Shown: one piece after another, positions 58,813-64,000 of the stretch
How positions within the stretch are numbered: the first letter of the stretch is position 1
Layout of the letters: the number at the start of each line of letters is the position of its first letter
Assembly (NCBI GenBank): GCA_964016885.1
Contig: OZ024758.1
Coordinates: forward strand, 11,842,001-11,906,000
Origin: Eledone cirrhosa
Lineage: Eukaryota
DNA: 64,000 nucleotides
Direction: 5' to 3'
Notes under the pieces: model-generated
Database searches by the model: none
What the model was told of the DNA's origin: nothing
What the model saw: only the letters and a program-made list of their open reading frames with translations
Position numbers and translations under genes: made by a program

Positions 58813-59109
58813 ACAGATTAAAGTTTAAGCAAATAATTTCTGATTATCGAGCCCTCTTCAGATTTTGGTCTTTGTAATTATTATTACTATATATATATAT
58901 ATATATTAGTATTTATGCTCTGAAATATAGATGTATACATGAATGTATGCATACCATTTTTGGTAGTGACTTACTTTATTCTCGGCAAAAACAACAGAGA
59001 GCGACCGAGCGTTTATGAAGATCACACACTCAGTTCTTTGGCGAGAATTATAGAGGCTGGATTCTTATAGAATTCCAGTAATAAACAGGAGCTGATTAAA
59101 CAGAATGAT

Positions 59110-59166
<57 letters not shown>

Positions 59167-59605
59167 CTCACACATATATCTGTATCCATCAAATGTTGTA
59201 ATTACTGGTATGTGGCTCTGTATCAAAATGAAACCACTACGACATAGAAAAATTATGTAAACCGTTTAACAACTGACGAATAAGAATCTTAATCAATATT
59301 TTGACGCTTTGTTTCGAAGTGCACGCTACAAAATGTGTAAAATAGTTTCATCACACATTAGTGTTATAGTCACATATCATATATTAGCTATAACCTGTGA
59401 AAAAAATATTAGAAGTCTCATTTGAAACATCGCACTCTCACCATGTAAGCTCACAGCAACAGTCAAGCACATCCAAATAAAAAAACTAAATTCTCACACC
59501 TTATGTGTCATCAGTAACTCTCTTATGTCGAGCAACTCATTGTTTCTTGACTCTGCAAACTTTATTAAATATGGAGACAGGGCTATTAGTTATTTCAGCT
59601 ATAGC

Positions 59606-59823
59606 GGCGGTGGATGGGCAGTATTGGTAGAGAGTCGGAAACCATGCGTTGCAGCAGAGAGTTACAGTTCTTTACAATCTGAGTTCAAATCCCGCTGCGG
59701 TTAACTTTGCCTTTCATCCTTACGGGGTCAATAAATAAAGCACCAGTAACGTACTGGGGTCGATTTAATCGACTTTCCCCTCCTCCCAAACTTGCTGGCC
59801 ATGTGCCTATACGAGAAATCATT
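59606..59823 (+). mobile_element. SINE family A (long form)
   Basis: Full length with GTCGATTTAATCGAC segment. Confidence 0.88.
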
Positions 59824-60313
59824 ATTTATTTCATCTATAAAATAGGAACACATGTCTTTTTGAAAAAATGCAAGTGTCTTTTGTGCTTATAAAAACGGAA
59901 AAAGAAAGGAAAGGGATCTAAAGTCACAGAAGAATAGGAGAGGGAGGGGGATTTCCTGTAAGCCAGGGTACGACAGTATTTGGACTGTGCCCCGCGAACA
60001 AGACCGCAAAAGTAATCCCGCAGAGAATGGCTAGTGACACTCGCTGCAACAGCCACCCACCTCGCGGAGCTCCCTCTATTTGGTTTTCTTGAACGACTTT
60101 GTTACTCTTCTACGTTTCTCCCTGAAAAACAATAATAATTATGAAACATTAAACGATGATTGCTTGTTTCTTTTAAACATTAAATGTTTTTTTGTGCAAT
60201 TCGTTGTGTGCCTGTTTTTCTTTTAATTTGAGAGCATCCTTCTGTACACTGATGAGGTTAGACCGCTTAACGTTATCAAAGAATTCTTTTCTGGATTTTT
60301 AGTCGTGATTTTA

Positions 60314-60391
60314 CTATGATATATATAATTTGCCTATGATATATATAATTTGCCTATGATATATATAATTTTCCTATGATATATATAATTT
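60314..60391. repeat. 20-bp tandem repeat, about 4 copies
   Basis: CTATGATATATATAATTTGC units. Confidence 0.92.
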
Positions 60392-63300
60392 AGCAGCTAC
60401 ATCTTTAAGTCACTCTTTGTTTCTTGCAATGTAATGCAAGACATGGTTTGTATGAAGAAGCATACAAATGTATTACATTTGTTTTTGTTACCAGGATGCT
60501 AAAACTAAGAAAGTTTTAGACTTCAGCTTTTTCCGTCAATCAAAAATAAGAATTTGTCATACGCCACTTACACCCATTTTATCGTAAGAAAAATTTATAT
60601 ATTTTTTAGCCGTGTTGACAGCTTAAAATAACTGAAACACTGAGTTTGTTGTATAGATTTATGAAAGTAACGTGAGCATAGAATGTAATGTAGAATAGTG
60701 CGAAGATTGTCGATAAAAGTCAGCGGTGGATGGGATCGGTAAACACGGGATTCATACATGCAATGGTCAATTTTATATATATAATTTCAACAATTATAAT
60801 TTTATGAAATTTGATATGTTTACTTGAGACAAAATATATTCTTTGTTATATAGAATTTTCGTTTCAAGTTGATAAATAAAAACAAAATATGATAGAAATG
60901 CATATCGATGTGTACAGAATCTTCATGAAACACAACAAACAGGATTGACACCATAAAAACCATATTGCACTTGAAAACAGAGTTCAGAGACGTGACAGCA
61001 AAAACTTCTATCTAGTATACTTATTTTCGAAGACATGTTAGTAAATGTCAAATTTGGTGCTATATGTATATTTTTCAGAAGACTACAGCTTGTGGTTTTT
61101 GAAACACACACAGATGAACAAACACATGAAAGCCGTGTACAACACACAAACACACGCGTGTGTATGCGTATGTAGATGAGAGAATATATCTGTGTTCGAG
61201 TGTGTGCCTTTGTGCATGGGTGAGTGCTTTTCAATGATAACAAACTTGAGACTTTTATGAATTGAGAGTTTTATGAATGTCATTTAATAAGATGCTATCA
61301 TTTGAAAATCTAATATAAGTAAGTGAACTACAAGCTACCAGCTGACACACGCACGTACATACACATGCATATAAATACATACACATTTACATATATATAT
61401 ATATATATATATATATACAGTCTTGTTAAAAGTTGCTACTTTAGTTTACTAGTTGGTATTCAAAATAGATAGTGTCTATTGAGACACCATGTGTGTTTGT
61501 GTATAGATCTGTATGTAAGAGCGGCAGGTTTTCATTCATATATCTTATATTAAAAAACATAACGGTTTTCAACTTAGATATTTTCTATTAAGTATTTCTG
61601 AATTGATCATACTTGAGCACATTAGCATCCTTCAATATAATATGGTATAATATATGTATAGGGGTGAGTGTTTGTCTGTGCAGGCAGAAAGAAACTTTTA
61701 CATGCGATGGGAAAACAACTGCATTTCTCCCTCGTCAGCCACATTAGTTACGTGCAATTTTGTACATTAGGATGGTAGTCTACATCTAATACCAGGTTGT
61801 ACAACAAATGGTGAACCACCAAGCTCATAGATATTATCCGACCATCTACCCCTGGGTCTCCTTCTGGTTGGTTTTGCCCATAAAACATATCCAGCTGTTC
61901 TTTCCTGAGATATTGTAACTACATGTCTTTAAATTTGTTTTATTAAATGCTGTTGAAGGCCTCAGATTGTAATGGAGTAGTTACTGTTGCCATTTGTGTT
62001 AATATTGGAATAATACGTCAATGAGAGATGATGTACTACATATTAAAAAAATACGGTACGAATACAATTTAAATGAGGATATTATCCTGAAAAAGAATAT
62101 CCCAGATAATATCGCTGCGGAATTGAGATTATAAATCTATGAAAGTATCATTTGAAGTTCTACCAAATACAGAATATTAATTTGATATTATTTAGATATT
62201 AAGTGTCTAGAATAAATACTATTAACATATACACTACGTTAGAGCTTTCGAGTATATTATTGAATTACTGAATGGAGTTAAAGGTTTCTAGGAGTGTACA
62301 CATTTTATGAATTATCATTTCTACTATATCGCCCACATAACAAATGGAGATTTATATGTTGTCTCAGAATGCAGTCTTCTACATCTTTATCCTGGGAAGA
62401 TAAAAATCACAACTCTAGCTAAATTCTGTTGCAATATTATCTTTTATGAGTCAATCCTTATTGGCAACATTTCTAAAGCATTGACTTTTCTAATACATTA
62501 TTTAATATGTCTAAGAAAAGTCATAATCATTAAGATGGCAGATTCAGACATTCACCAGCGAAATAAAGTCAACATATAATATGTAATCAATGACATTGAA
62601 GATATTGTTCCAGCATAAATGTATTTAGCTAGAAAGATAAATCTTCATTACTTGAAAATGTTCTGCAAATATAACATAATTTAGAGCAAAATTATTTATT
62701 TTTTCAGTTATTTGGGCCAAACAAAACTCCAGTGGAATAATTAGAGGTGTTTGCGAAAGGAGTAAGTATTAATAAAGAAAGGCAGTTGAAAGATAAGGCA
62801 GGCTGGAGAAAGTTGTAGAACATGTGTAGTTATTGTGCTTAGATATCCACAGAGGCCCGGTATAATTGGAATCTTGCTTTGCCTAGGCTGTGGAATTGGT
62901 TTACCATGTGCTATATGTCACAAAAAGGTTATATAGACAGAAACAGAGAAGGTTAAAATGAGGTATGCGTTTTATTTAATGCCTTCAGTGAGACGGGAAA
63001 TCCTCTAGAAAAGGTTGGGGGGGTTAGTACTTTTGTAATGTACAACTATTGAAGTATATGGAATGTGAGGATTTACGTAACTCAATGGGATTTTATTTCT
63101 AAATGGCTGCAAGATCCACAATCTCTGTTTAATTCCTTAGAAATATATTTTTCATGTCTTAGAGTTTGATTCTACGTATTTGAAGAATATTAAAATTTTC
63201 TACACTGAGGCAAGATATTTCACTAAATCACATTATCTTTACATATTTGACGAATATTAAGATTTTTTAAAATCTTCTGGATGGTATTTGAAGATTTTTA

Positions 63301-63833
63301 AAAAAGATTCTTTGAACAAAAGTTTAGGTGAACATTTTTTAAGAATATTTGAAAGCAATATTTTGTAAACTTTTCCATACGAATTTTGGAAAAATCGTTG
63401 GTGAGAGGTTTTTAAAAAAGAAAATGTATTTGAAAAACATCTTTCATGTATATTTTATTTGCATATCAGTGCGTGTGTATGTATCTATCTTTCACCGATG
63501 TAATTCAACAAAGGTTAACAGCAGTGTAAGACAACTTGTGGTTTTTTATTCAGTGGTTAAGCTTCTTTTTTATTCCTTTATATATTAAAGGTTCATTTAA
63601 ATATGATTTGAATCTATGATCAACTGCGTTTTAGAGAGGTGCTTGTGTTATTTTTCATATGATTATTCAATGCCCGAATTTAAACCAAACTGAAATAGGG
63701 TGCCATAAGCTATCTACACCGAGGCAAGGTATTTTATTAAAGCACATTATCTTTCATGTATAAGTATAAGTACTATCATGCCCTGCATTTTATATTTGGT
63801 GAAGTGAAATGAAATAGCATTATATTAATATAG

Positions 63834-64000
63834 GGGCAGTGGATTGGCAGTATCGGTAGAGCGTCGGACGCCATGCTTTCCAGCATAGCTACGTCCCTTT
63901 ACGATCTGAGTTCAAATCCCGCCGAGGTTGACTTTCCCTTTCATCCTTACGGGGTCGATAAAATAAAGTACCAGTGGTGCACTGGCTAATTGCTGGCCTT
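63834..64000 (+). mobile_element. SINE family A (runs off the window end)
   Basis: A/B boxes and central domain. Confidence 0.88.

Noticed and set aside
60249-60272. CTGATGA-GGT-TAG-ACC hammerhead-like start
   Set aside because: No GAAA follows and no stems I/III form.
63199-63757. ~45-bp diverged direct repeats about 515 bp apart (similar pair at 16003 and 16201) as LTRs
   Set aside because: Too short, no TG...CA ends, no PBS/PPT or internal coding remnants; likely old local duplications.

Overview
Very AT-rich, microsatellite-dense eukaryotic non-coding DNA (intergenic or deep intronic). The SINE and microsatellite profile suggests an octopod cephalopod, which is an inference only. I found no convincing host exon, and almost all listed ORFs are translated (TA)n/(CA)n/(GA)n repeats. 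The window holds about 30 copies of one tRNA-derived SINE, about 7 CORE-like SINEs, a ~90-bp CAGGGTG-ended MITE family, decayed RTE, R4/Dong-like and Penelope-like fragments, and a 2.2-kb internally deleted Helitron (53538-55748) whose empty site survives in an adjacent duplication. The standout is 22931-24440: about 3.2 near-identical copies of a 467-bp non-coding unit embedded in giant TA arrays. Each full copy carries a complete minimal type I hammerhead ribozyme core, so this is a candidate retrozyme (circular-RNA-producing retroelement), here in an inverted head-to-head arrangement. Coordinates were read by eye and may be off by a few bases.
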